A stretch of DNA of 64,000 nt, taken from Chloroflexota bacterium. GTDB taxonomy: Bacteria; Chloroflexota; Limnocylindria; Limnocylindrales; CSP1-4. The stretch is taken from NCBI GenBank assembly GCA_021785175.1, contig JAJYGH010000077.1:11709-75708 (forward strand), given 5' to 3'. Made by a program: the position numbers and the translations under genes. The notes under the pieces were generated by a model. That model saw nothing but the letters and a program-made list of their open reading frames with translations. It was not told where the DNA came from and did no database searches. This document shows, in pieces, positions 1 to 9,300 of this stretch (within the stretch, counting starts at the first letter, position 1; the number at the start of each line of letters is the position of its first letter).

Positions 1-684
1 GGCGACCTCGACCGGATCTCGGCGGAGATGATCCGTCGCGCGGGTGGTGTCCCGTCGTTCGTGGGCGTTCCCGGCCCGCTCGCCCCGTACAGGCACACGA
101 TCTGCGTCTCGATCGACGACGAGGTCGTCCACGGAATCCCGGGCAAGCGGCGCATCGAGCCCGGCGAGGTCGTGTCGATCGACGCCGGCGCAATCATCGA
201 CGGCTGGCACGGCGACGCGGCGCGGACGTTCGTCGTGGGCGACGTCCCTCCCGAGGTCCGGCTGCTCGTCGACGAGACGAGGCGTGCGATGGATGCCGGG
301 ATCGCCGCGGCCCGTCCGGGCGCGTCGATCGGCGACGTCGCGGCCGCCGTGGAGGGGGTGGCGCTCGAGCACGGCTACGGCGTCCTCCGCGAGTACGGCG
401 GGCATGGCATCGGCACCGAGATGCACGAGGAGCCGTTCGTGCCGAACCACCGAGACGCCGGTCGAGGCCGGAAGCTCGAGGTCGGGTTGTGCCTGGCGAT
501 CGAGCCGATGTTCACGCTGGGCGGCCACGAGGTGCGTGTCGGCGACGACGGCTGGACGGTCTCCACGGTCGACGGCAGCATCGCCGCGCACTGGGAGCAG
601 ACGATCGCGATCATGCCGGATGGTCCAGAGATCCTGACCGTCAACGGGCGCGATGTCAGTTTGTCGCAGATTAGGCATGTCTGA
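1..684 (+). CDS. map: Methionine aminopeptidase type I (5' partial, gene begins upstream of window)
   Basis: Translation from pos 1 in frame of ORF 28..684 gives GDLDRISAEMIRRAGGVPSF...HGIP...EYGGHGIG...EPMF, matching Map core motifs; N-terminus missing at window edge. Confidence 0.9.
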   Translation, partial: GDLDRISAEMIRRAGGVPSFVGVPGPLAPYRHTICVSIDDEVVHGIPGKRRIEPGEVVSIDAGAIIDGWHGDAARTFVVGDVPPEVRLLVDETRRAMDAGIAAARPGASIGDVAAAVEGVALEHGYGVLREYGGHGIGTEMHEEPFVPNHRDAGRGRKLEVGLCLAIEPMFTLGGHEVRVGDDGWTVSTVDGSIAAHWEQTIAIMPDGPEILTVNGRDVSLSQIRHV

Positions 685-763
685 TACACTCAGCGTTCGC
701 GTGCCGCGTCCGCGTGACGTGGTGCCCGCGGATCACCAGCAGAGAGGGGTATGACGGTCGCCT

Positions 764-982
764 GTGGCTAAGAAGGACGCCATCGAGGTGGAGGGCACGG
801 TCATCGAGCCGTTGCCCAACACGATGTTCGCTGTCGAGCTCGAGAACGGGCATCGCGTCCTTGCCCACATCAGCGGCAAGCTGCGGATGAACTTCATCCG
901 GATCCTCCCAGGCGACCGGGTCCGCGTCGAGTTGTCGCCGTACGACCTGTCGCGCGGACGAATCACGTATCGACTCAAGTAG
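764..982 (+). CDS. infA: Translation initiation factor IF-1
   Basis: 72 aa [13 protein letters not shown]...[30 protein letters not shown], canonical IF-1 S1-like fold sequence; sits between map and rpmJ as in conserved cluster. Confidence 0.95.
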   Translation: MAKKDAIEVEGTVIEPLPNTMFAVELENGHRVLAHISGKLRMNFIRILPGDRVRVELSPYDLSRGRITYRLK

Positions 983-998
983 GGCAGGGCAGGCAAAG

Positions 999-1112
999 GT
1001 GAAGGTCCGAGCGTCGGTCAAGACGCGATGTGAGCGCTGCAAGATCATCCGCCGGCACGGCACGGTGATGGTCCTGTGCACGAATCCAAAGCACAAGCAG
1101 CGTCAGGGTTAG
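999..1112 (+). CDS. rpmJ: 50S ribosomal protein L36
   Basis: GTG-start 37-aa [40 protein letters not shown], not in supplied ORF track (too short) but read directly from sequence; Zn-ribbon C..C..C..H pattern. Confidence 0.9.
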   Translation: MKVRASVKTRCERCKIIRRHGTVMVLCTNPKHKQRQG

Positions 1113-1119
1113 GAGCAGC

Positions 1120-1491
1120 ATGGCACGCATCTCCGGCATCGATCTCCCGCGCGAGAAGCGCGTCGAGGTGGCCCTGACGTACATCTACGGGATCGGCCTC
1201 CCCACGAGCCAGGTGATCCTCGCGCAGGCGAACGTGAACCCGGACACGAGGGTCCGTGACCTCACCGAGGAGCAGGTGGGACGCCTCCGCGACATCATCG
1301 ACCGGCGCTACAAGGTCGAGGGCGACCTGCGCCGGGAGGTCGCCCTCAACATCAAGCGCCTGCAGGAGATCGGCTCCTACCGGGGCCTGCGGCACCGCCG
1401 CAACCTGCCCGTGCGCGGCCAGCGCACGAAGACCAATGCGCGGCAGCGGCGCGGTCCGAAGCGGACCGTCGGCGTGCGCCGCAAGAAGTAG
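1120..1491 (+). CDS. rpsM: 30S ribosomal protein S13
   Basis: [26 protein letters not shown]...[25 protein letters not shown] typical S13. Confidence 0.95.
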   Translation: MARISGIDLPREKRVEVALTYIYGIGLPTSQVILAQANVNPDTRVRDLTEEQVGRLRDIIDRRYKVEGDLRREVALNIKRLQEIGSYRGLRHRRNLPVRGQRTKTNARQRRGPKRTVGVRRKK

Positions 1492-1526
1492 CCCAACCGG
1501 GACGTAGCAGCAGGTAGTACCGACGC

Positions 1527-1922
1527 ATGGCGGAACGCAAGCGCGCCACCAAGACCCGGCGGCGCGAACGAAAGAACGTGCCGGTGGGGCACGTGCACAT
1601 CCAGGCCTCGTTCAACAACACGATCGTCACGATCACCGATCCTTCGGGCGCGACGGTTGCGTGGGGCAGCGCGGGCCTGGCGGGGTTCAAGGGCTCTCGC
1701 AAGAGCACGCCCTATGCCGCCGCGTTGAGCGCCGATGGCGCCGCGAGACGCGCGATGGAGCACGGCATGCGCCAGGTCGAGGTGTTCGTGAAGGGACCGG
1801 GCGCCGGACGCGAGCAGGCGATCCGCTCGCTGCAGGCGGCCGGGCTCGAGGTGACGGCCATCACCGACGTGACGCCGATCCCGCACAACGGCTGCCGCCC
1901 GCCCAAGCGGCGCCGCGTCTGA
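1527..1922 (+). CDS. rpsK: 30S ribosomal protein S11
   Basis: [22 protein letters not shown]...[11 protein letters not shown] signature of S11. Confidence 0.95.
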   Translation: MAERKRATKTRRRERKNVPVGHVHIQASFNNTIVTITDPSGATVAWGSAGLAGFKGSRKSTPYAAALSADGAARRAMEHGMRQVEVFVKGPGAGREQAIRSLQAAGLEVTAITDVTPIPHNGCRPPKRRRV

Positions 1923-1935
1923 GCAGGAGCGAGCG

Positions 1936-2562
1936 ATGGCCCGATACCACGATTCCGTCTGCCGTCTGTGCCGTCGGGAGGGCACCAAGCTCTTCCTGAA
2001 GGGCACCCGCTGCTACACCAAGAAATGCTCCGTCGAGCGGCGCCCGAGCCCTCCTGGGCAGCACGGTGTCCGCCGCCGGAAGATGTCCGACTTCGGCACG
2101 CACCTGCGGGAGAAGCAGAAGTTCCGCAGGGTCTACAGCGTCATGGAGCGCCAGTTCAAGGACTACTTCGCGATCGCGCGGTCGCGCCCCGGCGTGACGG
2201 GCGAGAATCTGTTGCGCCTTCTCGAGCTGCGCCTCGACAACGCGGTGTACCGGATGGGCTTCGCCACGAGCCGGCCGATGGCGCGGCAGCTCGTCGGGCA
2301 CGGCCACTTCGCGGTCAACGGCGTCCCCACCGACATCCCGTCGTATCAGCTCCGGGCCGGAGACCGCGTCGAGGTCGTCGAGTCGAGCCGGTCCCTGGAG
2401 CCGTTCAAGAACGCGCGATCCCAGATGGGGGCCGCCCCGCGGCCGGAGTGGCTGGCCGTCGACCCGGAGCACCTCAGCGCGACCATCGCCGCCCTGCCGC
2501 GCCGCGACCAGATGCCGCTCGAGCTCAACGAGCAGCTCGTGGTCGAGTACTACTCGAGGTAG
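1936..2562 (+). CDS. rpsD: 30S ribosomal protein S4
   Basis: MARYHDSVCRLCRREGTKLFLKGTRCYTKKC Zn-finger N-term and S4 domain (RLDNAVYRMGFA). Confidence 0.95.
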   Translation: MARYHDSVCRLCRREGTKLFLKGTRCYTKKCSVERRPSPPGQHGVRRRKMSDFGTHLREKQKFRRVYSVMERQFKDYFAIARSRPGVTGENLLRLLELRLDNAVYRMGFATSRPMARQLVGHGHFAVNGVPTDIPSYQLRAGDRVEVVESSRSLEPFKNARSQMGAAPRPEWLAVDPEHLSATIAALPRRDQMPLELNEQLVVEYYSR

Positions 2563-2566
2563 AGCG

Positions 2567-3649
2567 TTGGTGATGCAACTGGAGACACCCCAGATCGAGC
2601 AGCTCGAGCAGCTGGGGTCGTCCTACGCCAAGTTCGAGGCAGGTCCGCTGCCCGCCGGGTACGGCGTCACGCTCGGGAACGCGCTGCGCCGCGTGCTGCT
2701 CTCGTCGCTCGAGGGCGCCGCGGTCACGGCCGTCCAGATCCGCGACGTCTACCACGAGTTCAGCACGATCCCGGGCGTCAAGGAGGACGTCACCCAGATC
2801 GTGCTCAACGTCAAGAAGCTTCGCCTCAAGACGTACGCGCCGGACCACCCGGTCCAGCTCAAGCTGACCAAGACGGGTGCCGGCGAGGTCACGGCCGCGG
2901 ACATCACACCGTCGGCCGAGGTCGAGGTCATCAACCCAGAGCTGCACCTCATGACGCTCGACTCGGGCGACGTGACGGTCGAGATGGACCTGACGGTCGA
3001 GTCCGGCATCGGATACCTGGGCGCCGAGCGGCCCGAGCCGCTCCCGATCGGCGTGATCCCGGTCGACGCGGTGTTCTCGCCGGTCCGGCGCGTCAACTAC
3101 ACTGTCGAACCGGTCCGCGTCGGCCAGATGACCAACTACGACAAGCTCACCCTCGAGGTCGAGACCGACGGGTCGATCTCGCCGGAGGAGGCGCTGTCGA
3201 ACGCCGCGGACATCCTGGTCCGGCACTTCAGCCTGTTCACGGCTGCGGGCAAGCAGGTCGGGGCCGGGGCCGCGGGCGCCGTTTCGACGCCGCAACTCCC
3301 GGCGAACATGCTCGAGATGCCGATCGAGGAGCTCGACCTGCCGATGCGGGCGTACAACTCGCTGAAGCGGAACAACATCGTGAAGGTCGGCCAGCTGCTC
3401 CAGCTGTCGGACGACGACCTCCTCCGCATGCGGAACTTCGGCAAGAAGTCGCTCGACGAGATGAAGGAGCGGCTCCGGATGCGCGGGTTCACGCTGCCGG
3501 ATGACGAGTCCGGCGATGGGGCCGGCGTGGACGAGGAGCTTCCCGAGGACGAGGAAGCGCTGGACGAACTCGACGGCGAAGAGGCCGACGAGGACGGAGA
3601 CGACGAAGGCGACGGCGATCTGATCGCGCCGTCCGACACGGAGGCCTGA
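2567..3649 (+). CDS. rpoA: DNA-directed RNA polymerase subunit alpha, with ~45-aa acidic C-terminal tail
   Basis: GYGVTLGNALRRVLLSSLEGAAVTAV...IPGVKEDVTQIVLNVK N-terminal domain and alpha-CTD (LDLPMRAYNSLKRNNI); tail DDESGDGAGVDEELPEDEEALDELDGEEADEDGDDEGDGD; start GTG 2567 or ATG 2573. Confidence 0.95.
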   Translation: MVMQLETPQIEQLEQLGSSYAKFEAGPLPAGYGVTLGNALRRVLLSSLEGAAVTAVQIRDVYHEFSTIPGVKEDVTQIVLNVKKLRLKTYAPDHPVQLKLTKTGAGEVTAADITPSAEVEVINPELHLMTLDSGDVTVEMDLTVESGIGYLGAERPEPLPIGVIPVDAVFSPVRRVNYTVEPVRVGQMTNYDKLTLEVETDGSISPEEALSNAADILVRHFSLFTAAGKQVGAGAAGAVSTPQLPANMLEMPIEELDLPMRAYNSLKRNNIVKVGQLLQLSDDDLLRMRNFGKKSLDEMKERLRMRGFTLPDDESGDGAGVDEELPEDEEALDELDGEEADEDGDDEGDGDLIAPSDTEA

Positions 3650-3652
3650 CGG

Positions 3653-4006
3653 ATGGCTCACCGCGTGGACGGCCGGAAGCTCGGCCGCAAACAGGGACCG
3701 CGGCTCGCGCTCTACAAGAACCTCGTCGTGTCGGTGCTCCGATACGAGCAGGTCCGGACCACCGAGGCGAAGGCCAAGGAGGTGCGGGGGCGCGTCGACC
3801 ACGTCATCTCACTCGCACGCGACGGGTCGCTGACCGCGCGCCGGCGGGCGATCGCGGAGCTGCCCGACGAGCCGCTCGTCATCGACAAGCTGTTCAACGA
3901 GATCGCACCGAAGTACGCCGATCGGACGTCGGGGTTCACACGGATCGTCCGGCTCGGGCAGCGGGCCGGCGATGCGGCGCCGATCGTGCAGATCGAGCTC
4001 GTTTGA
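3653..4006 (+). CDS. rplQ: 50S ribosomal protein L17
   Basis: MAHRVDGRKLGRKQGPRLALYKNLVVSVL...FTRIVRLGQRAGDAAPIVQIELV typical L17. Confidence 0.95.
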   Translation: MAHRVDGRKLGRKQGPRLALYKNLVVSVLRYEQVRTTEAKAKEVRGRVDHVISLARDGSLTARRRAIAELPDEPLVIDKLFNEIAPKYADRTSGFTRIVRLGQRAGDAAPIVQIELV

Positions 4007-4063
4007 CGGCTCGATAGGCGGCGGGAGCGCCGACGCAGCGATGCGCTGGCGCGGCGGCCAACG

Positions 4064-4885
4064 ATGACCGGTCGCGAGACCGGTCGCAGGCCCGCCCGAG
4101 AGGGCGGCCCCGTGCGGTATCGGGCACGGGTCGAATACGACGGGACGGCGTTCGACGGGTTCCAGGTCCAGCCTGGCCATCGCACCGTCCAGGGAGAACT
4201 GGAAGCGGCACTCTCGCGACTCACCGACGGCGTCGGTGTCCGCGTGATCGCCGCCGGACGGACGGATGCCGGGGTGCATGCGTCGGGGCAGGTGATCTCG
4301 TTCACCTATCCTGGACGGCTCCCGGCCCGGGAGCTCGAACGGGCGCTCGGCGCGATCCTGCCGGCCGACATCGGGGTCAGCGGCCTCCGCCGCACGAGCC
4401 CGGGCTTCCACCCACGCTACGCGGCGCGGTACCGGGAGTACCGCTACACCGTCTGGAACGGGCCGCGCAGCCCGCTCCGTGAGCGCTTCGCGCTCGGGGT
4501 GCGGGTCCCGCTCGACGTCGCGGCGATGTCCGAGGCGGCGTCGGCCCTCGTGGGCCGGCACGACTTCTCGGCCTTCGGCGCGGCAGACCGACAACCGATC
4601 CGGACCATTCACTGGATCCGGGTCCGCAGGACGGGCCACGAGGTGACGATCGACGTCGCCGCGGACGCGTTCCTGCGCCAGATGGTGCGAAGCATCGTGG
4701 CGGCACTGCTCCGCGTTGGGCGCGGGGAGATGGCCGCGGGCGACGTGGCGGCGGCACTCGGGTCGTCGCGACGGGCCTTCCACGGTGCGGTGGCGCCGCC
4801 GCAGGGGCTGTGCCTCCGGCGCGTCGTGTACGACGGGCCGGCTCGACGGACGGAGAGGAATGACGACGAAGACGTATACGCCTAG
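4064..4885 (+). CDS. truA: tRNA pseudouridine(38-40) synthase TruA
   Basis: VEYDGTAFDGFQVQPG...AAGRTDAGVHA (catalytic Asp motif RTDxGVHA); alternative GTG start at 4112. Confidence 0.85.
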   Translation: MTGRETGRRPAREGGPVRYRARVEYDGTAFDGFQVQPGHRTVQGELEAALSRLTDGVGVRVIAAGRTDAGVHASGQVISFTYPGRLPARELERALGAILPADIGVSGLRRTSPGFHPRYAARYREYRYTVWNGPRSPLRERFALGVRVPLDVAAMSEAASALVGRHDFSAFGAADRQPIRTIHWIRVRRTGHEVTIDVAADAFLRQMVRSIVAALLRVGRGEMAAGDVAAALGSSRRAFHGAVAPPQGLCLRRVVYDGPARRTERNDDEDVYA

Positions 4886-5291
4886 CGAGGAGGCGATCGA
4901 GCGCCGCTGGTTCGTGGTCGACGCCGCCGGCCAGACGCTCGGCCGCCTGGCGTCGCGCGTGGCGCGCGTCCTCGAGGGCAAGCACAAGCCGACGTACGCA
5001 ACGCACATCGACACCGGCGATCACGTGATCATCGTCAACGCGAGCCGGATCGGGGTGACGCGCGACAAGCGCGAGACAAAGGTCTACACGCGGCACAGCG
5101 GGTACCCGCACGGCCTGCGGCAGGAGACGCTCGGCGACCTGCTGGACCGCCGCCCGGAGGAGGCCATCCGCCGGGCCGTGAAGGGGATGCTGCCGCGGAA
5201 TCGACTCGGCACGCAGCAGCTTCGCAAGCTGAAGGTATATGCGGGCGCGGAGCACCCGCACCAGGCGCAGCGGCCGGAACCGCTGCCCTGA
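4860..5291 (+). CDS. rplM: 50S ribosomal protein L13
   Basis: Internal ATG of ORF 4716..5291: [61 protein letters not shown] typical L13; 5' 26 nt overlap truA. Confidence 0.93.
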   Translation: MTTKTYTPSEEAIERRWFVVDAAGQTLGRLASRVARVLEGKHKPTYATHIDTGDHVIIVNASRIGVTRDKRETKVYTRHSGYPHGLRQETLGDLLDRRPEEAIRRAVKGMLPRNRLGTQQLRKLKVYAGAEHPHQAQRPEPLP

Positions 5292-5308
5292 ACGGAGACG
5301 ACAGCACG

Positions 5309-5710
5309 ATGAGCACGAACGCCGCCTTCTACTACGGGACCGGTCGCCGCAAGACCAGCATCGCCCGCGTCCGGCTGATCCCGGGCGAGGGCGAGATCGT
5401 GGTCAACGGGCGCTCGCTCGACGAGCACTTCGGCAATGCCATCAACCAGTCCGAGATCCTCATGCCGTTTCGGGTCACCGGGACGGAGGGGCACTTCAAC
5501 GCGATGGTGAAGGTCGAAGGCGGCGGGTATCAGGGCCAGGCCGGCGCCATCCGGCACGGCATCGCGCGCGCCCTGCTCCAGTCCGACCCGGAGACGACGC
5601 GGCTGCCGCTGCGCCAGGCCGGCCTCCTCTCGCGCGACCCGCGCATGAAGGAGCGCAAGAAGTACGGCCTGAAGCGCGCCCGGAAGGCGCCGCAGTACAC
5701 GAAGCGCTAG
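5309..5710 (+). CDS. rpsI: 30S ribosomal protein S9
   Basis: [28 protein letters not shown]...[17 protein letters not shown] typical S9. Confidence 0.95.
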   Translation: MSTNAAFYYGTGRRKTSIARVRLIPGEGEIVVNGRSLDEHFGNAINQSEILMPFRVTGTEGHFNAMVKVEGGGYQGQAGAIRHGIARALLQSDPETTRLPLRQAGLLSRDPRMKERKKYGLKRARKAPQYTKR

Positions 5711-5760
5711 CGGAGAGGGGCGGGTCCTGCCGCGGAGTGGGCCGCCCTTTCCGCTCCGCT
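5710..5760 (+). terminator. Nested GC-rich stem-loop immediately after rpsI stop (gcggag...ctccgc outer stem, gggcgg...ccgccc inner stem, followed by ttt)
   Basis: Inverted repeats read directly; position right after last gene of r-protein operon. Confidence 0.4.
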
Positions 5761-5787
5761 CGGCCGGTGCGGCCCGCGCGTCACCTG

Positions 5788-5860
5788 CCTCCCTCGTCGC
5801 GCCGAAGGGGAGGGTCAACCGCCACTCCCTCGCTCGTCGCCTGAAGGGGAGGGTCAACCG
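5788..5860. repeat. Tandem imperfect direct repeat (2 x ~35 nt), each unit a hairpin cctccc-N15-gggagg ending gggtcaaccg
   Basis: cctccctcgtcgcgccgaaggggagggtcaaccg / ccactccctcgctcgtcgcctgaaggggagggtcaaccg seen directly between rpsI and TPR gene. Confidence 0.5.
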
Positions 5861-5915
5861 GTGGAATCGGGCCGAAGGGCGTGCAGGCCGGCCCGGCGTA
5901 TGCCACGCTGACGGC

Positions 5916-7034
5916 ATGCCGGACCCGATCTTCGAGCGGTACAAGGAGGCGCTGAGGGCGGGCCACGTGGCCGCGCTGCGCGGCAGGCCCGATGACGCGC
6001 TGGAGCGGTACCGCGAGGCCGCGGCGCTGGCGCCCGACCGGCCGCTGCCACACGTCAGCGCGGCCGAGGTCCTGCTTCGGCTCGGCCGGCGCGACGCGGC
6101 GCTCGCGGCATCCGCGGCCGGGCTCCGGCTCGCCCCAGGGGACGACGGGGTGCTGGACGTCGCGGCGCGGGCGGAGGAGGCGGCGGGGAACCGCGCGAAA
6201 GCGGCGACGCACTTCGACCGGCTCGCCTCGCTCCGCGGAGAGGAGGGCCGCCTCGAGCCTGCACTGGAGGCGGCCGAGCGGGCGCAGGATCTCGACTTCA
6301 CGGGGGAGCGCGCGGAGCGCGTGCGCGCCCTGCGCGGGGCCCTCGAGGACGCGCGGACCAGGCTCGCGAGCCGCGAGTGGGAGGTCCCCGAGCCCGGCCC
6401 GGTGCCCGCACGGTCGCCGGAACGTGATCGTGCCGCTCAGGTGGCGCGTCCGGCGACGGCAGCCGACTGGGCGGCGCTTGCCGCCGCCGAAGCCATCGCA
6501 CCCCGCGGGACCGAGCCGCCGCCGGCCGAGGCCGCGCTCGAGCCTCCGCGATCGGCCATACCGACGCCCGCTCCCCGCGAGGCCGTGCAGGCCGATCGGG
6601 ATGTGGCGCCATCGTCGCCCGGTCCGGCGCCCGCGCCCGCCGACCCAGCGGCACCGGTGCCCGCCCCGCACGGCCCGGAACCCTCGCCCCCGCTCGCCGG
6701 CGACCTCGCGTTCCTGGCCGCGGAAGACCGGGCGGATGCGGGCGACCCGCACGGGGCCGCGCGCCTCTACCTCGAGGCTGCCGCGGCCTACCTTGCCGTC
6801 GGCGCCGCGGGCACGGCCGTCGACACGTGCCTTCGGGCGCTGGCCCGGACACCCGGCGATCTCGACGTCCACCTGGCGCTCGCACGGGTGCAGGCCTCGA
6901 GCGGACACGAGGAGCGTGCGCGCCAGGCAGCCGATCTCCTGTCCCGTCTCCTCACCCTCCGCGGCGATACCGGAGGCCTGGCGGCCGTTGCGGCGTTCAT
7001 GTCGACCCTCGACGGGCCTCGCAACCGCATCTGA
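5916..7034 (+). CDS. TPR-repeat protein with Pro/Ala-rich central linker
   Basis: N- and C-terminal segments with TPR-like 34-residue periodicity (ALERYREAAALAPDRPLPHVSAAEVLLRLGRRDAALAASAAGLRLAPGD; LYLEAAAAYLAVGAAGTAVDTCLRALARTPGD); central PAPAPADPAAPVPAP low complexity. Confidence 0.55.
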   Translation: MPDPIFERYKEALRAGHVAALRGRPDDALERYREAAALAPDRPLPHVSAAEVLLRLGRRDAALAASAAGLRLAPGDDGVLDVAARAEEAAGNRAKAATHFDRLASLRGEEGRLEPALEAAERAQDLDFTGERAERVRALRGALEDARTRLASREWEVPEPGPVPARSPERDRAAQVARPATAADWAALAAAEAIAPRGTEPPPAEAALEPPRSAIPTPAPREAVQADRDVAPSSPGPAPAPADPAAPVPAPHGPEPSPPLAGDLAFLAAEDRADAGDPHGAARLYLEAAAAYLAVGAAGTAVDTCLRALARTPGDLDVHLALARVQASSGHEERARQAADLLSRLLTLRGDTGGLAAVAAFMSTLDGPRNRI

Positions 7035-7099
7035 AAGCAACCCCGGAGGCATCGCCGTGAGGTCTGCAGCCGGGGGACGGCTGGTAGACTAGTCGTTCC

Positions 7100-8041
7100 A
7101 TGCAGCTCGTCGACCTGCTCTCGGGCATTCAGCCGAAGCCGACGACGTTCATCGACATCGGACTCACGGCGCTCCTGATCTATGGCCTGTTCAGCCTGAT
7201 CCGGGACACCCGCGCGGTCCGGCTCGTCATCGGCGTCGTGCTGCTGTACGGGCTGTACGTCCTCGCACAGCTGCTCGGCCTCCAGCTTCTTTCCCAGCTC
7301 CTGCAGGCCGGCGCGTACGTGGGGCTGTTCGCCCTCGTCGTCGTCTTCCAGCCCGAGCTGCGCCGCGCGCTCGAGCGGCTCGGGCACGTCGGGTCCCTGG
7401 GCTGGATGCTGGCGCCCGGCCAGCAGGGGGGCGCCATCGACCGCGTCGCGGCCGAGGTCGCCCGCGCGGCAGCGGGCTTCGCGAAGGATCGCCACGGGGC
7501 GCTGATCGTGCTCGAACGCGAAACGGGCCTCGAGGACCTGGGCGAGACCGGCGTCATGATGCACGCCGACGTCTCGGCCGAGCTCCTGCGCACCATCTTC
7601 ATGCCGCGCTCGCCGCTGCACGACGGTGCCGCGATCATCCGCGGCGACCGTGTCCTCGCCGCCGGCGCCGTACTGCCTCTCGCCGAGAGCGGCCCCGGCG
7701 ACGAGCGGTTCGGGACGCGGCACCGGGCGGCATTCGGCGTGACGGAGGAGACGGACGCGCTGGTCGTCGTCGTGAGCGAGGAAACCGGGTCCATCGGGCT
7801 GGTCGAACGTGGGCGGATCGTGCGCGACCTCGACGAGGAGCAGCTCCGGGTAGCGCTCGTCACGCTGCTCCGTCTCGACGCGTCGCTCCGCTCCTCGTCG
7901 GGCGAGCGTCACGCGAGCCTGCCGGCGCCGCGCCGCGCGCGCCATCTGCCCCGGCCGAACCTGACGCACCGGCCGCCGCGCGGGGGAGCGCCGGGTGCCG
8001 CCGCGGGCGCGGTATCCGCGGGACGGGTCGACCGCACGTGA
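7100..8041 (+). CDS. cdaA: Diadenylate cyclase CdaA (membrane-anchored DAC domain, c-di-AMP synthase)
   Basis: Three N-terminal TM helices then DAC domain with RHRAAFGVTEETDALVVVVSEETGSIGL motif; followed by cdaR-glmM as in the conserved operon. Confidence 0.88.
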   Translation: MQLVDLLSGIQPKPTTFIDIGLTALLIYGLFSLIRDTRAVRLVIGVVLLYGLYVLAQLLGLQLLSQLLQAGAYVGLFALVVVFQPELRRALERLGHVGSLGWMLAPGQQGGAIDRVAAEVARAAAGFAKDRHGALIVLERETGLEDLGETGVMMHADVSAELLRTIFMPRSPLHDGAAIIRGDRVLAAGAVLPLAESGPGDERFGTRHRAAFGVTEETDALVVVVSEETGSIGLVERGRIVRDLDEEQLRVALVTLLRLDASLRSSSGERHASLPAPRRARHLPRPNLTHRPPRGGAPGAAAGAVSAGRVDRT

Positions 8042-9297
8042 TGGCGCGCCGGCTCCTGCGCGTCCTCGTCCGGAACTGGCCACTGCGACTCGGGGCGATC
8101 GCGCTCGCGACCCTGCTGTACCTCGGGCTCGTGATCTCGCAGAACGCCCGAACGTGGAACGGCCCCGTCCCGATCGACGCGGCGAACCAGCCTGCGGACA
8201 CGTTCCTGCTCGCGAGCCTCGGGAACGTGACGAGCGTGCAGTACATCGCCCCGCTCGACATCGCCGCGCAGGTCACGAGCGCGTCGTTCGTGGCCACCGC
8301 CGACCTCGGCGCGGCGGGCGGGCAGCCCGCCGGGACGCCCGTCACCGTGCCCGTCCACGTCGTCGCACGGGATCAGCGCATCCAGGTCGTCAGCTGGGAG
8401 CCCGCGACCGTGGTTGCGCGCCTCGATCCCGTGATCAGCCAGCAGGTCCCCGTCCAGGTCGATCGCGGGACGGTACCCACCGGCCTCACCGCGGGCCAGC
8501 CCGTGGTCAACCCCACGACCGTCATCGTCACCGGCGCCAGCTCGCTCGTGTCACAGGTATCCTCGGCGGTCGCTCGCGTCGTCATCGACGCGAGCGGCGC
8601 GAACGTCGACACGAACGTCGACCTCGTGGCGGTCGACGCGCGGGGCCAGATCGTGTCGCCCGTGACGATCCAGCCCACGACCGTGCACGTCACGATCTCC
8701 GTCGGCGAGCGGCAGGTGAACCGCACCGTGCCCGTCATCCCGGACGTCACCGGCAACCTGGCGACGGGCTACGCGATCCGCGACGTCACGGTGACGCCGC
8801 TCACCGCGACGGTCAGCGGCTCAGGCTCGAGCATCGCGGCCCTGTCGGGCATCCAGACCGTCCCGATCAGCGTCGCGGGGCGCAGCACGGACCTGACGAC
8901 GAGCGTGGCGTTGCAGCCTCCGCACGGCGTCACCGTCGTCGGTCCGACGAAGGTGCAGGTGCGCGTCCGCGTGACCCTCGAGACCGGGTCCCGGAGCTTC
9001 GGGGCCGGAGTGACACTCTCCGGCGCGCGCGCGGATCGCGTCTACCACCTCTCCATCCCCGATGTGCTCGTGACGCTCGGAGGGTCGAGCGCGGCCCTCG
9101 ACGCGGTCAACCCTGCGACACTGTCCGCGTCCATCGACGTGTCCGGACTGAGCGACGGCACGTTCACGCTTCCCGCCCGGGTCCTGACGCCGGCCGGCAC
9201 GACGCTGGTGGCGATCAGCCCGTCGTCGGTGCAGGTGACCGTCACCGCGCCCGCCCCCAGCCCATCGCCATCTGCGCTCGCCTCACCGGGGTTCTGA
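8038..9297 (+). CDS. cdaR: CdaA regulatory protein CdaR (YbbR-like repeats)
   Basis: N-terminal signal/TM anchor then four Ig-like YbbR-type repeats (V.V.V..G......P..V.V.G); start overlaps cdaA stop (GTGATG). Confidence 0.8.
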   Translation: MMARRLLRVLVRNWPLRLGAIALATLLYLGLVISQNARTWNGPVPIDAANQPADTFLLASLGNVTSVQYIAPLDIAAQVTSASFVATADLGAAGGQPAGTPVTVPVHVVARDQRIQVVSWEPATVVARLDPVISQQVPVQVDRGTVPTGLTAGQPVVNPTTVIVTGASSLVSQVSSAVARVVIDASGANVDTNVDLVAVDARGQIVSPVTIQPTTVHVTISVGERQVNRTVPVIPDVTGNLATGYAIRDVTVTPLTATVSGSGSSIAALSGIQTVPISVAGRSTDLTTSVALQPPHGVTVVGPTKVQVRVRVTLETGSRSFGAGVTLSGARADRVYHLSIPDVLVTLGGSSAALDAVNPATLSASIDVSGLSDGTFTLPARVLTPAGTTLVAISPSSVQVTVTAPAPSPSPSALASPGF

Positions 9298-9300
9298 TCC

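Noticed and set aside
5788-5860. CRISPR array (also considered for 31360..31452)
   Set aside because: Only two direct repeat copies with a 3-7 nt gap, no spacers of 25-40 nt, and no cas genes in the window. These are tandem hairpin or terminator repeats.
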